The notes under the pieces were generated by a model. It saw nothing but the letters and a program-made list of their open reading frames with translations, was not told where the DNA came from and did no database searches. Below are positions 1 through 9,127 of a stretch of DNA of 64,000 nt, in pieces. The stretch spans positions 32,001 to 96,000 of the IMG/VR virus record IMGVR_UViG_3300028392_001993; one strand, 5' to 3'. The translations under genes and the position numbers were made by a program. Origin of the DNA: a virus. Numbering within the stretch: position 1 is the stretch's first letter; the number at the start of each line of letters is the position of its first letter.

Positions 1-10
1 GAGCAACAGT

Positions 11-568
11 TTGATCATACGCAAGATGACCGAGTACTTGTACCAGTGCAAACAAACAAACACTTTTCCAGATCTTGTTGTAATTGGTTGGAGCGAGGCC
101 ACTCGAGAAGACTGTTTTATACTCAATGAGTATAGATCGCTTGCTGGAACTGGTCCTGATCATGAACTCATTGATCCTGATGAGTATAGATATTGGAGTT
201 ATAACAATCAAAACTGGCAGTACCGGCACCAACTATGTAAGTTTTATAATAGAGCCATACACAACCTGCACCTAGAATTACAATATTTAAAAATACCTCA
301 TTTGTTCTTCAATGCTATTGAACCTTTAAACAAGATAGAGATTTCAGCTCCAGGTATAGCCCATGAAAATGGAAATAATATTTTAAAATTAGAGTGGCAT
401 GACTGTTATTTTTATCCTTATGATAGACTTGATATGGCCTGGCGAGATTGGGCAACCGAACGTAATTATCAGCAAGTTACTCCTGACTTTTATCATTTTA
501 AAGAAGATTGTCATGCAGCCTGGACAGACGTAATCTACAATTATATTAAAGAAAAAAACATAGCATGA
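11..568 (+). CDS. SGNH/GDSL-hydrolase-like phage protein, probably 5'-truncated by the window edge
   Basis: C-terminal DFYHF (DxxH-like) motif; resembles paralogue 1273..2001. Confidence 0.4.
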   Translation: MIIRKMTEYLYQCKQTNTFPDLVVIGWSEATREDCFILNEYRSLAGTGPDHELIDPDEYRYWSYNNQNWQYRHQLCKFYNRAIHNLHLELQYLKIPHLFFNAIEPLNKIEISAPGIAHENGNNILKLEWHDCYFYPYDRLDMAWRDWATERNYQQVTPDFYHFKEDCHAAWTDVIYNYIKEKNIA

Positions 569-1047
569 TATTCAATCACATCAAACAACTCAAACAAGAC
601 GGAAAGAAAATTGGCATTACTTTCTCCACTTTCGATATGCTCCACGCAGGACACATTGCCATGCTCTCGGAAGCCAAGAATCACTGTGACTACCTGATCT
701 GTGGGCTCCAAACAGACCCGACTATCGATAGACCTGACACTAAAAATCACCCTATACAAAGTATTGTGGAGCGACAAATACAATTGGCCGCATGCCGTTA
801 CGTTGATGAAGTTGTTGTGTATCAAACCGAACAAGATCTTATTGACTTGCTGTTGATACTGCCATTAGATGTTCGCATACTAGGTGTGGAATATCAAGAC
901 AAGGATTTCTCTGGTCGTGACGAATGTTATGATCGCGGCATCGAGTTGGTGTTCAATGGTAGAGATCATTCGTTCTCCAGTTCAAGTCTACGCAAACGTG
1001 TGGTCGCGGCTGAAACTTACAAGGTGTTAAAAGATGGAACCACTTAA
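565..1047 (+). CDS. Cytidylyltransferase (TagD/glycerol-3-phosphate cytidylyltransferase-like)
   Basis: TFDMLHAGH (HxGH) motif, ER...RYVDEVV and SSSSLR motifs. Confidence 0.85.
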   Translation: MIFNHIKQLKQDGKKIGITFSTFDMLHAGHIAMLSEAKNHCDYLICGLQTDPTIDRPDTKNHPIQSIVERQIQLAACRYVDEVVVYQTEQDLIDLLLILPLDVRILGVEYQDKDFSGRDECYDRGIELVFNGRDHSFSSSSLRKRVVAAETYKVLKDGTT

Positions 1048-1276
1048 ACCACCAGCCACATACAAAGTTTACACAGTAATTAAACAAACCGGCATGAGCA
1101 TGAACTATGTTTATGTATCTATGCAGAGTAGCATAAACTACGGGGCTGGTTTTTACGGGACCAGACGCGAAGCCGAGCAGGCTCGCACGTTCGAACTGCT
1201 CAAAGAAACCACAGTGCCTAAACCTCAGTTTCATGTTTTTGAACTTGAAGTGCCCAACCCAGCATACCAAGAATGA
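1034..1276 (+). CDS. Hypothetical protein
   Basis: 80-aa ORF overlapping both neighbours in an operon-like run. Confidence 0.6.
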   Translation: MEPLKPPATYKVYTVIKQTGMSMNYVYVSMQSSINYGAGFYGTRREAEQARTFELLKETTVPKPQFHVFELEVPNPAYQE

Positions 1277-2001
1277 TACTGTACGTAAATGGTTGCAGTC
1301 ACAGTGCGGCCGCAGAAGCCGCTGTTGTTCATTCTTGGGCCTGTGATGATGGAGCATTATGGCAACGCGGCGATGAGCCGCATCCTGAAAATCTAGCAGT
1401 CAGTTATGGTCGACATATTGCTGATGCATTGGGTGCAGAGTTAATTTGTCAGGCCAGTTCTGGAGGCAGTAACGATCGTATTATACGTATCACAAAGAAA
1501 TGGATTGAAAATAATCCAGACAAATTGGCTGATACATTTATGATCTTACAATGGACCACTTGGGAACGAGAAGAGTGGTTTCACAAAGGTAAATGGTATC
1601 AAGTTAACGCATCAGGTATAGACATAGTGCCACCCGAGTTACAAGAACGCTACAAAAACTACGTTATAAATGTAGACTGGAATATCAAAACCCCCGAAGC
1701 ACACGAAAAGATTTGGGCAATGCATCAGTACCTTAATGAGCAGGGCATACGACATTTGTTCTTTAGTGGACATAGTACATTTAGTGATATCCAAAATCAA
1801 TTTGATTGGGGCAAGGACTATATGCATCCATATGTTCGGGAAGAATCCTACCATAATTGGCTAATAAACAACGGTGGAACCTATTCTCACCCCGAAGGTT
1901 ACCATTTTGATGCCAAAAGTCATAGACTTTGGGCAGATCATGTGTTACAATACATCTATGATAACAACTTGATTGCATCTGATGAAATACGTACTGATTG
2001 A
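1273..2001 (+). CDS. SGNH/GDSL-hydrolase-like protein
   Basis: N-terminal NGCSHS, GGSNDRI block, C-terminal GYHF motif. Confidence 0.55.
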   Translation: MILYVNGCSHSAAAEAAVVHSWACDDGALWQRGDEPHPENLAVSYGRHIADALGAELICQASSGGSNDRIIRITKKWIENNPDKLADTFMILQWTTWEREEWFHKGKWYQVNASGIDIVPPELQERYKNYVINVDWNIKTPEAHEKIWAMHQYLNEQGIRHLFFSGHSTFSDIQNQFDWGKDYMHPYVREESYHNWLINNGGTYSHPEGYHFDAKSHRLWADHVLQYIYDNNLIASDEIRTD

Positions 2002-3031
2002 CACTGCCAATATGTTTTTTCGTGCTAGACACGGAGCGTTTAGAGCCGCAGACTCTTGGACCAAACTAGGCTTTGCTCTGCACGTTACACTAATGGCAGT
2101 GAACAAGATGGCCAAGCGATTTGAAGCAGATCACGTGGTGTTTGCACTGGAAGGACGCTCGTGGCGCAAGGACTACTATAAACCTTACAAGGCTAACCGT
2201 GCTGTGGCTCGGGGTAAAATGACCGAAGAGGAAGCAGAAGAAGATAAACTGTTCTGGGAAACATATGACGAACTGACTAAATACTTGGCTACTAAAACTA
2301 ATTGTAGCGTTATCCGATGTGCCACTGCCGAAGCAGATGATATCATAGCACGTTGGATTGCTTTGCACCCCCAAGACGAACACGTTATTATCAGCTCAGA
2401 TTCTGACTTTGTACAATTACTTGCACCCAACGTCACACAATACAATGGCATTAGTGATGAACTGTTAACTCTGGAGGGCATATTTGATGCTAAAGGTAAC
2501 CACGTCAATGATAAGAAAACTAAACAGCCAAAAACGATCCCGGATCCGGCCTGGTTGTTATTTGAGAAGTGTATGCGTGGCGACAGCTCAGACAACGTAT
2601 TCAGTGCGTATCCTGGAGTACGTGAGAAAGGCACAAAGAATAAAGTTGGTCTCCGTGAGGCCTTTGGAGACAGAGACCGTCGCGGATACAATTGGAACAA
2701 TCTAATGTTGCAACGTTGGACCGACCATGAGGGTGCCGAGCACCGTGTGTTAGATGACTATGAACGCAATCGTGTGCTAGTTGATCTTACAGCACAACCA
2801 GATGATATCAAGAACACTATAGACACAGCCATATGTGAGCAAGTGAGTCACAAGGATGTAGGACAAGTGGGAGTGAGATTTATGCAATTCTGCGGCAAGT
2901 ACGAATTGAACAAATGTAGCGATGCGGCCGAACAGTTTGGTCGCTGGCTCAATGAAACATATAAAGGAGTGCTAGATGATATTAGCCAAACCAGTAGTAG
3001 ACAATCAGTATTACATACTCAAGAAGGATGA
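1982..3031 (+). CDS. rnh: T4 RNase H-like 5'-3' exonuclease (FEN/PIN fold)
   Basis: LIDTANMFFR, EADDII, SSDSDFVQL and GDSSDNV acidic motifs; start taken at the second Met (1982). Confidence 0.85.
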   Translation: MKYVLIDTANMFFRARHGAFRAADSWTKLGFALHVTLMAVNKMAKRFEADHVVFALEGRSWRKDYYKPYKANRAVARGKMTEEEAEEDKLFWETYDELTKYLATKTNCSVIRCATAEADDIIARWIALHPQDEHVIISSDSDFVQLLAPNVTQYNGISDELLTLEGIFDAKGNHVNDKKTKQPKTIPDPAWLLFEKCMRGDSSDNVFSAYPGVREKGTKNKVGLREAFGDRDRRGYNWNNLMLQRWTDHEGAEHRVLDDYERNRVLVDLTAQPDDIKNTIDTAICEQVSHKDVGQVGVRFMQFCGKYELNKCSDAAEQFGRWLNETYKGVLDDISQTSSRQSVLHTQEG

Positions 3032-3416
3032 TCGCAAGATTGGCCAACTTGAAGTAAAAGAAAACGGTAATTGTACAATAAAAATTCTCGATAGTGTAGT
3101 AAGTTATAAAACTATCAAGATGGCTCGAGAGGCGGTTGACATCCAATTCGAGCCAGCTGAAACAGCAACTCCATTACCACCAAACGTGGTTTATGGTCAC
3201 GAAGTCGCGGGCGAAGTGTTTAATCCATTATGGGATGTCAAACACAAGTTACCATTGTTCACCAGAGAAGACAAAAGCAAGTCGTGGTTTGCCGCGGGTT
3301 GGTACAAGGTCAAGCAACATCGCAAATGGCGAGCTGTGCAACACCCTAAACTTATCACCTTGGAGCGTTATGCTTATCAAGGTCCCTTTCAAACCAAGGA
3401 ACAAGCAAGTGACTAA
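2976..3416 (+). CDS. Hypothetical protein
   Basis: 146-aa ORF with upstream AAGGAG, coupled to neighbours. Confidence 0.7.
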   Translation: MILAKPVVDNQYYILKKDDRKIGQLEVKENGNCTIKILDSVVSYKTIKMAREAVDIQFEPAETATPLPPNVVYGHEVAGEVFNPLWDVKHKLPLFTREDKSKSWFAAGWYKVKQHRKWRAVQHPKLITLERYAYQGPFQTKEQASD

Positions 3417-3765
3417 TCCATTTAGAGATCAAGAAAAATTCATGCGAGCCTGCGAACAAACAGTAGGCGAGTTCAATGAGGCACAATATCAACTGTATTG
3501 TAATCTTATCAGTGAAGAATTCAACGAACTGGTAGCGAGTACAACCAAAGTAGACGATCTTGATGCACTCATTGATATCCTTGTTGTCACAATTGGTGCT
3601 ATCCATAGTCTTGGGGCAGATCCCGAAGGTGCTTGGAAGGAAGTGATGTCAACAAACTTTGCCAAGATTGACCGACAAACGGGTCGGGTACGCAAACGCG
3701 AGGACGGCAAGGTACTCAAACCTGCTGGCTGGACTCCTCCAGAACTGGAACAGTTTGTGAAATGA
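3409..3765 (+). CDS. MazG-like / PRA-PH-like nucleoside triphosphate pyrophosphohydrolase
   Basis: LISEEFNEL...DALIDILVV...EVMSTNFAK...REDGKVLKP motifs; GTG start inferred at 3409. Confidence 0.75.
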   Translation: MTNPFRDQEKFMRACEQTVGEFNEAQYQLYCNLISEEFNELVASTTKVDDLDALIDILVVTIGAIHSLGADPEGAWKEVMSTNFAKIDRQTGRVRKREDGKVLKPAGWTPPELEQFVK

Positions 3766-3977
3766 GTTTGCATATAAATCGCTTCGTAGACAGCATCAAA
3801 GCACACGAATCGCGTGGTCAACGTGATTTTGTTATGACCATGCGTGAAGCCAAAGATCTGCATAGTGATATTACAAAACTATTACTAACTTTAGAGTCCT
3901 TGCATACCCGAAATACCCAGCCAAAAGAAGAAATAATTACGGTAGAATTGAGTGGTGGCAGTTTCAAAACCACGTAG
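3762..3977 (+). CDS. Hypothetical protein
   Basis: ORF coupled to upstream stop (ATGA overlap). Confidence 0.65.
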   Translation: MSLHINRFVDSIKAHESRGQRDFVMTMREAKDLHSDITKLLLTLESLHTRNTQPKEEIITVELSGGSFKTT

Positions 3978-4005
3978 TTTTTGAGATAAATAAACTACGG
4001 AGATA

Positions 4006-4305
4006 ATGATGTCAAGACCCAAACCAAATGTGTTGATCGAACACACTGACAAAGCAACTTACAAGACCGAACAAGTGTTGGCCTCCGAAGGCGTGTGGGC
4101 AGTTTTTTATGATACTAAACCTATCAATTTGAAAACTTCTAATATGCTCACACAATATCCAGGACCCAAGTACAAGAAGGTCAGCTTCTCAAATCCTGGC
4201 CATGCCAAAAACTTGGCACGTAAACTCAACACACAATTCAAGACCGACAAGTTCACAGTCGTGCTCTTGACGCAGGGGGCGCAAGTATACCCCGATGCCA
4301 AGTAA
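4006..4305 (+). CDS. Hypothetical protein (late)
   Basis: Upstream ATAAATA and GGAG RBS. Confidence 0.7.
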   Translation: MMSRPKPNVLIEHTDKATYKTEQVLASEGVWAVFYDTKPINLKTSNMLTQYPGPKYKKVSFSNPGHAKNLARKLNTQFKTDKFTVVLLTQGAQVYPDAK

Positions 4306-4654
4306 ACAATACCTTACCCAACAACTGTTAAATCAATTACCGGCAGATGACCGGCTCAGTGTTGAGCAGGCATTAAAATCGTGGTGGCAAGATCCGCGTG
4401 ACGATAGTGGATTGAGATTGAGTATTTCAGGCTACGATGTTTTTAAATTTTTAAAAATTGAACTGCACGATTTCGAATTTACCAAGGCAATGAGTCCCAG
4501 TTTGTTGATGACCTTGAATCGTAAACTGGACTGCCCTTACTTTCTCAAGGGCAGTAAGACCCCTAAGTTAATTTTGTTTGGTAGTCAGCAAGCCATCATG
4601 TATGCCATGTACGGTGATATGGAAAAGTTTTTACGCTATTTGGATCGTACATAA
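4295..4654 (+). CDS. Hypothetical protein
   Basis: 119-aa ORF overlapping the previous gene. Confidence 0.65.
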   Translation: MPSKQYLTQQLLNQLPADDRLSVEQALKSWWQDPRDDSGLRLSISGYDVFKFLKIELHDFEFTKAMSPSLLMTLNRKLDCPYFLKGSKTPKLILFGSQQAIMYAMYGDMEKFLRYLDRT

Positions 4655-4716
4655 AATGTAACCCAAAGTATTACTTTTTAGAAACCCAAAAATGTAACAA
4701 AAAGTACTACTTTTTT
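4653..4716. repeat. Two imperfect direct repeats, each containing the palindrome AAAGTA-N-TACTTT (candidate operator)
   Basis: AAAATGTAACCCAAAGTATTACTTTTT and AAAAATGTAACAAAAAGTACTACTTTTTT; palindromes at 4665-4677 and 4701-4713. Confidence 0.75.
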
Positions 4717-4741
4717 GTTGCAAAATACAATGAAATTTCGG

Positions 4742-4770
4742 TTGACCAGAAATGTCCATTTTGCTATAAT
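4742..4770 (+). promoter_or_regulatory. Sigma70-type early promoter
   Basis: TTGACC-N17-TATAAT with TG extension; ATG 6 nt after the -10. Confidence 0.8.
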
Positions 4771-4776
4771 ACTTGT

Positions 4777-5124
4777 ATGGAACTTAAAAAGCAGTCACGC
4801 AAAAAGCGCACCGATCGTACACACATTGTTTACTTCATCCAAATTGGACTAGAGTACTACATTGGTGTTACAGCAAAAACCCAACGCACAATAACAATGT
4901 CGTTGCGCTCACGCATCAACAAGCATATCTATCGCTCACGCACAGAAGACAAATCATGGCGCCTGTACGAAGCAATTCGTGGCGCTGGTGAGTCGGCTGT
5001 TAATTTTGCAATCATAGACATTGTGCGTGGCAAGACCCAAGCACACCAACTAGAGCGCGAACTAATACGAAAGTATACACCTGCTCTCAACACTGATGTG
5101 CGTACAAAAACGGTTGACCAATAA
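4777..5124 (+). CDS. GIY-YIG-like nuclease domain protein
   Basis: IVYFI...YYIGVT motif pair and distal E-R/E motif. Confidence 0.6.
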   Translation: MELKKQSRKKRTDRTHIVYFIQIGLEYYIGVTAKTQRTITMSLRSRINKHIYRSRTEDKSWRLYEAIRGAGESAVNFAIIDIVRGKTQAHQLERELIRKYTPALNTDVRTKTVDQ

Positions 5125-5142
5125 TTACCGATTTGCTATAAT
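5114..5142 (+). promoter_or_regulatory. Sigma70-type early promoter
   Basis: TTGACC-N17-TATAAT with TG extension. Confidence 0.8.
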
Positions 5143-5172
5143 ATACACATAAAGACACAAAAGGAACCTAAA

Positions 5173-5436
5173 ATGAGTTGGAACAGTTTTATTGCACAAG
5201 TAGCCGAAGATCAAGCAAACGCACTAGTATTTGGCCACAGTCGCCGCATTACCGGTGCCGGGCAAGCCGCTTATATACGCTACGGCAAGGGCCCACGTGC
5301 ATTGTATAATGCATTAGACAAAGCCCTGCCTGCCGCTATAGACCGTGCAAAAGCCAGAAAAAATGCAAGTCACATTGCCGAATTGGAACGTGCTGGTTTT
5401 ACAGTAACTAAAAACACAGAAACACAAGGAGCCTAA
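5173..5436 (+). CDS. Small early hypothetical protein
   Basis: AAGGA RBS, downstream of early promoter. Confidence 0.7.
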   Translation: MSWNSFIAQVAEDQANALVFGHSRRITGAGQAAYIRYGKGPRALYNALDKALPAAIDRAKARKNASHIAELERAGFTVTKNTETQGA

Positions 5437-5437
5437 A

Positions 5438-5785
5438 ATGACAGTAACAGTAAACGGTGTCAAAGTAGACACAATCGTAGCCGAAGCCAAGTCAGCCGCT
5501 CGTGAAGCCGCTGAACGTTTCTTCCAAGAAAAACTAAACGGTCGAGATCAGTTTGCCTGTGGCTTTGCCTGGGTTGACATCTTTGGTGTCAAGGGCAATA
5601 CCAAACTGGGTCGTGCTCTCAAAGAAGCAGGCGTGAGCAAGAGTCACACAGGTGCTTTCCAAATTTGGAATCCAGCCAATATGTACGTGCAAAACGTAGA
5701 CACCCTGGAAGCAGGTGCCCAAGCGGCGGCTGATGTGTTTAAGAAATACGGCTTCTCTGCCTACGCTGGTAGCCGTTTAGACTAA
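5438..5785 (+). CDS. Early hypothetical protein
   Basis: AAGGAG RBS; typical phage codon usage. Confidence 0.75.
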   Translation: MTVTVNGVKVDTIVAEAKSAAREAAERFFQEKLNGRDQFACGFAWVDIFGVKGNTKLGRALKEAGVSKSHTGAFQIWNPANMYVQNVDTLEAGAQAAADVFKKYGFSAYAGSRLD

Positions 5786-5793
5786 GGAAAATT

Positions 5794-5865
5794 ATGATCG
5801 AAATGTTCTTATTCCTGGCCATTACCTTTGCAATCAAAGTTTGGTTTATTAACAAATATATGTAA
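5794..5865 (+). CDS. 23-aa hydrophobic micro-protein (MIEMFLFLAITFAIKVWFINKYM), absent from the ORF track
   Basis: AAGGA RBS; fills the gap between two genes exactly. Confidence 0.5.
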   Translation: MIEMFLFLAITFAIKVWFINKYM

Positions 5866-5874
5866 GGAAATCAT

Positions 5875-6057
5875 ATGAGACTATCACCACTTGACGAGCG
5901 TATGAACGCAGACATTGATGCGCTGATTGCCAAATTGGAAGCGGCAAAGACCTCACGCACTTATCTACAACGTGCAAGCCTTGTGGGCAAGGTTGCTGAA
6001 CAGTGCCAAAGTTATGAATTTTATTGGGAAGATAGACTTTACAGTTTAATGGACTAA
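5875..6057 (+). CDS. Small hypothetical protein
   Basis: AAGGA RBS. Confidence 0.65.
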   Translation: MRLSPLDERMNADIDALIAKLEAAKTSRTYLQRASLVGKVAEQCQSYEFYWEDRLYSLMD

Positions 6058-6059
6058 CT

Positions 6060-6284
6060 ATGCAAAAGCGGGTTAAAGAATTAATGGCACAGACGCTGGA
6101 CGAAAAGTTCAGCCATACCTGGACCACCTTGACCCCCGCGGACTTGGAAAAGTTTGTGAAACACTTTGCTGAGTTGTTGATCCGCGACTGTGCTGATGTT
6201 GCCTACAGGTTTGATGGACTTACACTAGGACAAGGCTACACCATTGCCAAGCACATCAAAAAGAACTATGAGGTTGAAGAATGA
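6060..6284 (+). CDS. Small hypothetical protein
   Basis: Tightly packed ORF; FAELLIRDCA motif similar to that in 39030..39260. Confidence 0.65.
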   Translation: MQKRVKELMAQTLDEKFSHTWTTLTPADLEKFVKHFAELLIRDCADVAYRFDGLTLGQGYTIAKHIKKNYEVEE

Positions 6285-6457
6285 ACGAACTTGAAACTGC
6301 CCTAAAAAATCACGACTGGAGTCTGGATGGATGGAAAACTCGTACTGAACTAGATCGATTGATGAAAGAGAATCCCGATACAGGCAAAGCACTATGGGAA
6401 CAATATTGTCCGTGGAGTGATACCAATGGTGGGTATATCAAATGGAGTCAGAAATGA
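6281..6457 (+). CDS. 58-aa hypothetical protein (MNELETALKNHDW...), absent from the ORF track
   Basis: ATGA overlaps at both ends. Confidence 0.6.
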   Translation: MNELETALKNHDWSLDGWKTRTELDRLMKENPDTGKALWEQYCPWSDTNGGYIKWSQK

Positions 6458-6690
6458 ACCAGATCAGTCAGTATCTCGTCAGCATTGATCGGCCACCCTA
6501 TGTGGATGGTCGGCGAGTAGGGCAGGCCACACCTTGTCGAAGTTATGGTCAGCCCTCTTGGTTTATCTCATTTTATGATGGCTATACTCATACAAGTGAT
6601 CCGGTGTTTACTGACGAAGACGGCCTGAACGGCGCACCCACCGTTCGAGAATACGCAAACAATTTAGGATATGAACCATGTATCAATTAA
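6454..6690 (+). CDS. Small hypothetical protein
   Basis: Start adjusted to the ATGA overlap. Confidence 0.55.
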   Translation: MNQISQYLVSIDRPPYVDGRRVGQATPCRSYGQPSWFISFYDGYTHTSDPVFTDEDGLNGAPTVREYANNLGYEPCIN

Positions 6691-6875
6691 TCTTTACATT
6701 TTTGGTTGTGACCAAGGCAGGGCTTCCGGGCTTTAATATAGAACACATCAGTCAGTTTCGTGAAATAGAGGACTGTGAAAAGACCAAGACCGCCATGGTT
6801 GCATACATGGACAAGTTAGTGCGAGAGAACAAAATGTTCCCGGGCGTGTTTGAATGTCAAAAGGTACAGCGATGA
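6678..6875 (+). CDS. Small hypothetical protein
   Basis: Hydrophobic N-terminus, packed in operon. Confidence 0.55.
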   Translation: MYQLIFTFLVVTKAGLPGFNIEHISQFREIEDCEKTKTAMVAYMDKLVRENKMFPGVFECQKVQR

Positions 6876-7141
6876 ACAAAGAAATTACACTCACTCCTGC
6901 GGGTGGCCGATTCTATCGTGCCATGGCCTTCCACTGGGTTACTGTGGTATTTGTCATGCCGGTACTAGCCACGTTCATGATTGCGGCCATACTGAATCCT
7001 TTTTGGTTTCGCGATTCAATGTTTAACTTTGTAGAACGCCGGGTTAATGAATTCACCCGCTGGCGTAACAATGTGAAATACCGCATCTATCTTGGATGTG
7101 ACCCCGTTGTTTGGCACACCCTCAAAGGCGACTTAAAGTGA
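6872..7141 (+). CDS. Small membrane protein
   Basis: One hydrophobic segment; ATGA overlap. Confidence 0.6.
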   Translation: MNKEITLTPAGGRFYRAMAFHWVTVVFVMPVLATFMIAAILNPFWFRDSMFNFVERRVNEFTRWRNNVKYRIYLGCDPVVWHTLKGDLK

Positions 7142-7446
7142 ACAAGTTGATTCGTAAGGGTTGTGTAGCAGTAATTTATTCGCCCGAGTTTGGTGCAGGC
7201 TGGTCAACATGGAATCGCAAATATCCTGAAATTTTGTTTGATCCTGCTATTGTTGAATTCGTAGAAAAAGATCAATCTCAAGAACTGCAAGTGTATGTCA
7301 CTCTCAAATACCCCGGCATCTATGACGGTGGTATAGTGGGATTAAAAATAGAGTGGATTCCTGAAGGCTCTTTTTTTCGTGTGAATGAACACGATGGTGC
7401 TGAAAGTATCGAATTAAGAGACAGGATCAAGTGGATACAGGCTTGA
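7138..7446 (+). CDS. Hypothetical protein
   Basis: GTGA overlap start; AVIYSPEFGAGWSTWN...EHDGAE motif typical of phage proteins. Confidence 0.65.
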   Translation: MNKLIRKGCVAVIYSPEFGAGWSTWNRKYPEILFDPAIVEFVEKDQSQELQVYVTLKYPGIYDGGIVGLKIEWIPEGSFFRVNEHDGAESIELRDRIKWIQA

Positions 7447-7471
7447 CAATAAATAGATTTCCTGTTACAGT
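7443..7471 (+). promoter_or_regulatory. Sigma70-type promoter for the tRNA pair
   Basis: TTGACA-N17-TACAGT, 9 nt upstream of the tRNA. Confidence 0.7.
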
Positions 7472-7480
7472 ACACTTATA

Positions 7481-7557
7481 GCCTTGGTAGCTCAGTTGGT
7501 CAGAGCAGGCGACTCATAATCGCTTGGTCGGGGGTTCAAGTCCCTCCCAAGGCACCA
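7481..7557 (+). tRNA. trnI-CAU: tRNA-Ile2 (CAU, lysidine type)
   Basis: Cloverleaf with CCA; arm GGCGA-CTCATAA-TCGCT matches the bacterial ileX-type arm rather than Met. Confidence 0.85.
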
Positions 7558-7561
7558 GCCG

Positions 7562-7636
7562 CTGGCGTTCGTTCAACGGATAGGACACGATTCTTCTAAA
7601 GTCGTTATAGAGGTTCGATTCCTCTACGCCGGACCA
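7562..7636 (+). tRNA. trnR-UCU: tRNA-Arg (UCU)
   Basis: Cloverleaf, loop CTTCTAA, GTTCGATT T-arm, CCA. Confidence 0.9.
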
Positions 7637-8163
7637 AATCCTGATACTGTGATAGCAATGCGCGGAACAGTGATATTTTCTACATTGTGAATTTTTGTAA
7701 CGTCAATGTAATGCCATCTGTGATGTTCTAGGATCACGGAATCTGTCAATTCAATGTCATTGAGAGAAATTGCCTCGTTAGTTTTACTAGGCCGAATATC
7801 AGGATTCAGTTTATGTTTATAAAAACATGTGGTGGCTGTGGAATCAGTTAGTATATAATTGATTGCAAATATTCTAGGATAATCCATATGAGGATAAATT
7901 CTATCACCATCAAACATGCAATGTATCCTGGCTTGCCATACATTTTTATTTACTATTTCTTGATCATTTAACCAAGAGATCAATTGCTTTGGTGGTAGGT
8001 ATTGTTTGTATTGAGCAAAATTTTTTCGAGGATAGTCAACACTGATTTGATCAATGTTACTTACTACTGGCCATTTAAGATTAGGTTCTAAATTATCAAA
8101 GTCCAGGCACATGGCTTCTAATTCAATTGGTAATTTTGGATAGTCAAGATATTTGTACAACAT
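7624..8163 (-). CDS. Cupin / 2OG-Fe(II) oxygenase-like protein
   Basis: PHMD (HxD) motif and distal IHNVE His; paralogue of 22471..23067. Confidence 0.55.
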   Translation of the reverse strand: MLYKYLDYPKLPIELEAMCLDFDNLEPNLKWPVVSNIDQISVDYPRKNFAQYKQYLPPKQLISWLNDQEIVNKNVWQARIHCMFDGDRIYPHMDYPRIFAINYILTDSTATTCFYKHKLNPDIRPSKTNEAISLNDIELTDSVILEHHRWHYIDVTKIHNVENITVPRIAITVSGFGPA

Positions 8164-8184
8164 GAAACTATTTAATCTAAATAT

Positions 8185-8219
8185 TTGACTATGTTAACTT
8201 CTTGTGTTAACATAGTCAA
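8185..8219. promoter_or_regulatory. Palindromic bidirectional sigma70-type promoter
   Basis: Perfect 14-bp inverted repeat TTGACTATGTTAAC-N7-GTTAACATAGTCAA gives TTGACT-N17-TAACAT on both strands. Confidence 0.65.
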
Positions 8220-8220
8220 T

Positions 8221-8433
8221 ATGACAGAACTTAACGACGCACTTCAAATTCACACACCAGCTAAAGAAAACACTATTAGTTTTTACATTGCAGGCAACGA
8301 CGAAATGCTAAAAATATCCCCCGCCGGTTTTTATGTACGTGGCAAGCGAGTTCCAATGGATGACAAAGAAGCACAAACTGTATATAATTCATTCCAGGCC
8401 TGGTTAACTTGGCAGAACTTGCAACGCCGCTAA
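8221..8433 (+). CDS. Small hypothetical protein
   Basis: Start moved to the ATG just after the promoter. Confidence 0.6.
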   Translation: MTELNDALQIHTPAKENTISFYIAGNDEMLKISPAGFYVRGKRVPMDDKEAQTVYNSFQAWLTWQNLQRR

Positions 8434-8451
8434 ATATTTCTGGAGGACATT

Positions 8452-8628
8452 ATGGAACCCATCAAACCTGTAAAACTTGCAGATGCTGTAAAAGAGGCAC
8501 TTGCAAAAAAACATCAAGCCGCGCACCCTGATGCGAAACTTAGTAAAACACAACAAAAAGCCGCCAAACGTGGCACTCCAGCAATTACTGGAAAACCCAT
8601 GCGAAAGGTCACTGGCCGAGGAGGCTAA
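8452..8628 (+). CDS. 58-aa basic protein (MEPIKPVKLADAVKEAL...RKVTGRGG), absent from the ORF track
   Basis: GGAGG RBS; Lys/Arg-rich. Confidence 0.7.
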   Translation: MEPIKPVKLADAVKEALAKKHQAAHPDAKLSKTQQKAAKRGTPAITGKPMRKVTGRGG

Positions 8629-8629
8629 T

Positions 8630-9112
8630 TTGAGCAAAGTAAATAGCAGTCCCGAACGTCATACATTTCAAAATTCTTCAGATGAATTAGCTGAAGTACT
8701 TGAACGTTTACGGAATCAAGATCAGGACCGCATAACCGATCCTGAGTGGCAAAAAGATAACTTAGAATACGATCTTCGCAGTACCAAATGGATCTGCGAT
8801 AAAACAAAAAGTACCAAGACTTACGCTCAAAACTTGTATGCGGCCCTGTGCAATCAGGACTGGCAACGCAATGATGTTTGGCCGTTGCTGAAAGATCAAC
8901 GCTGGCATTGCAGTTGGCGATATGCTGGTGGTATTGTGGCTGACATGCGTGAAGAAGGCGATTACATTGACTGGTACTGTTCGGGCATACAAGGCGAGCC
9001 CGATGATGACTGGGTAGATCTAGGGCATGTGCCTGAAGGCACTGTGACCGATCAAATACGTGAAGATTTTTTTCGATTGGGTTGGATTCCGGTTGACGAA
9101 AACAAAGATTAA
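8630..9112 (+). CDS. Hypothetical protein
   Basis: TTG start inferred; YAQNLYAALCN...CSWRYAGGIVA...DWYCSG motif. Confidence 0.7.
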   Translation: MSKVNSSPERHTFQNSSDELAEVLERLRNQDQDRITDPEWQKDNLEYDLRSTKWICDKTKSTKTYAQNLYAALCNQDWQRNDVWPLLKDQRWHCSWRYAGGIVADMREEGDYIDWYCSGIQGEPDDDWVDLGHVPEGTVTDQIREDFFRLGWIPVDENKD

Positions 9113-9121
9113 AGGTATAAT
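9093..9121 (+). promoter_or_regulatory. Sigma70-type promoter
   Basis: TTGACG-N17-TATAAT, ATG 6 nt downstream. Confidence 0.7.
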
Positions 9122-9127
9122 ATACAC

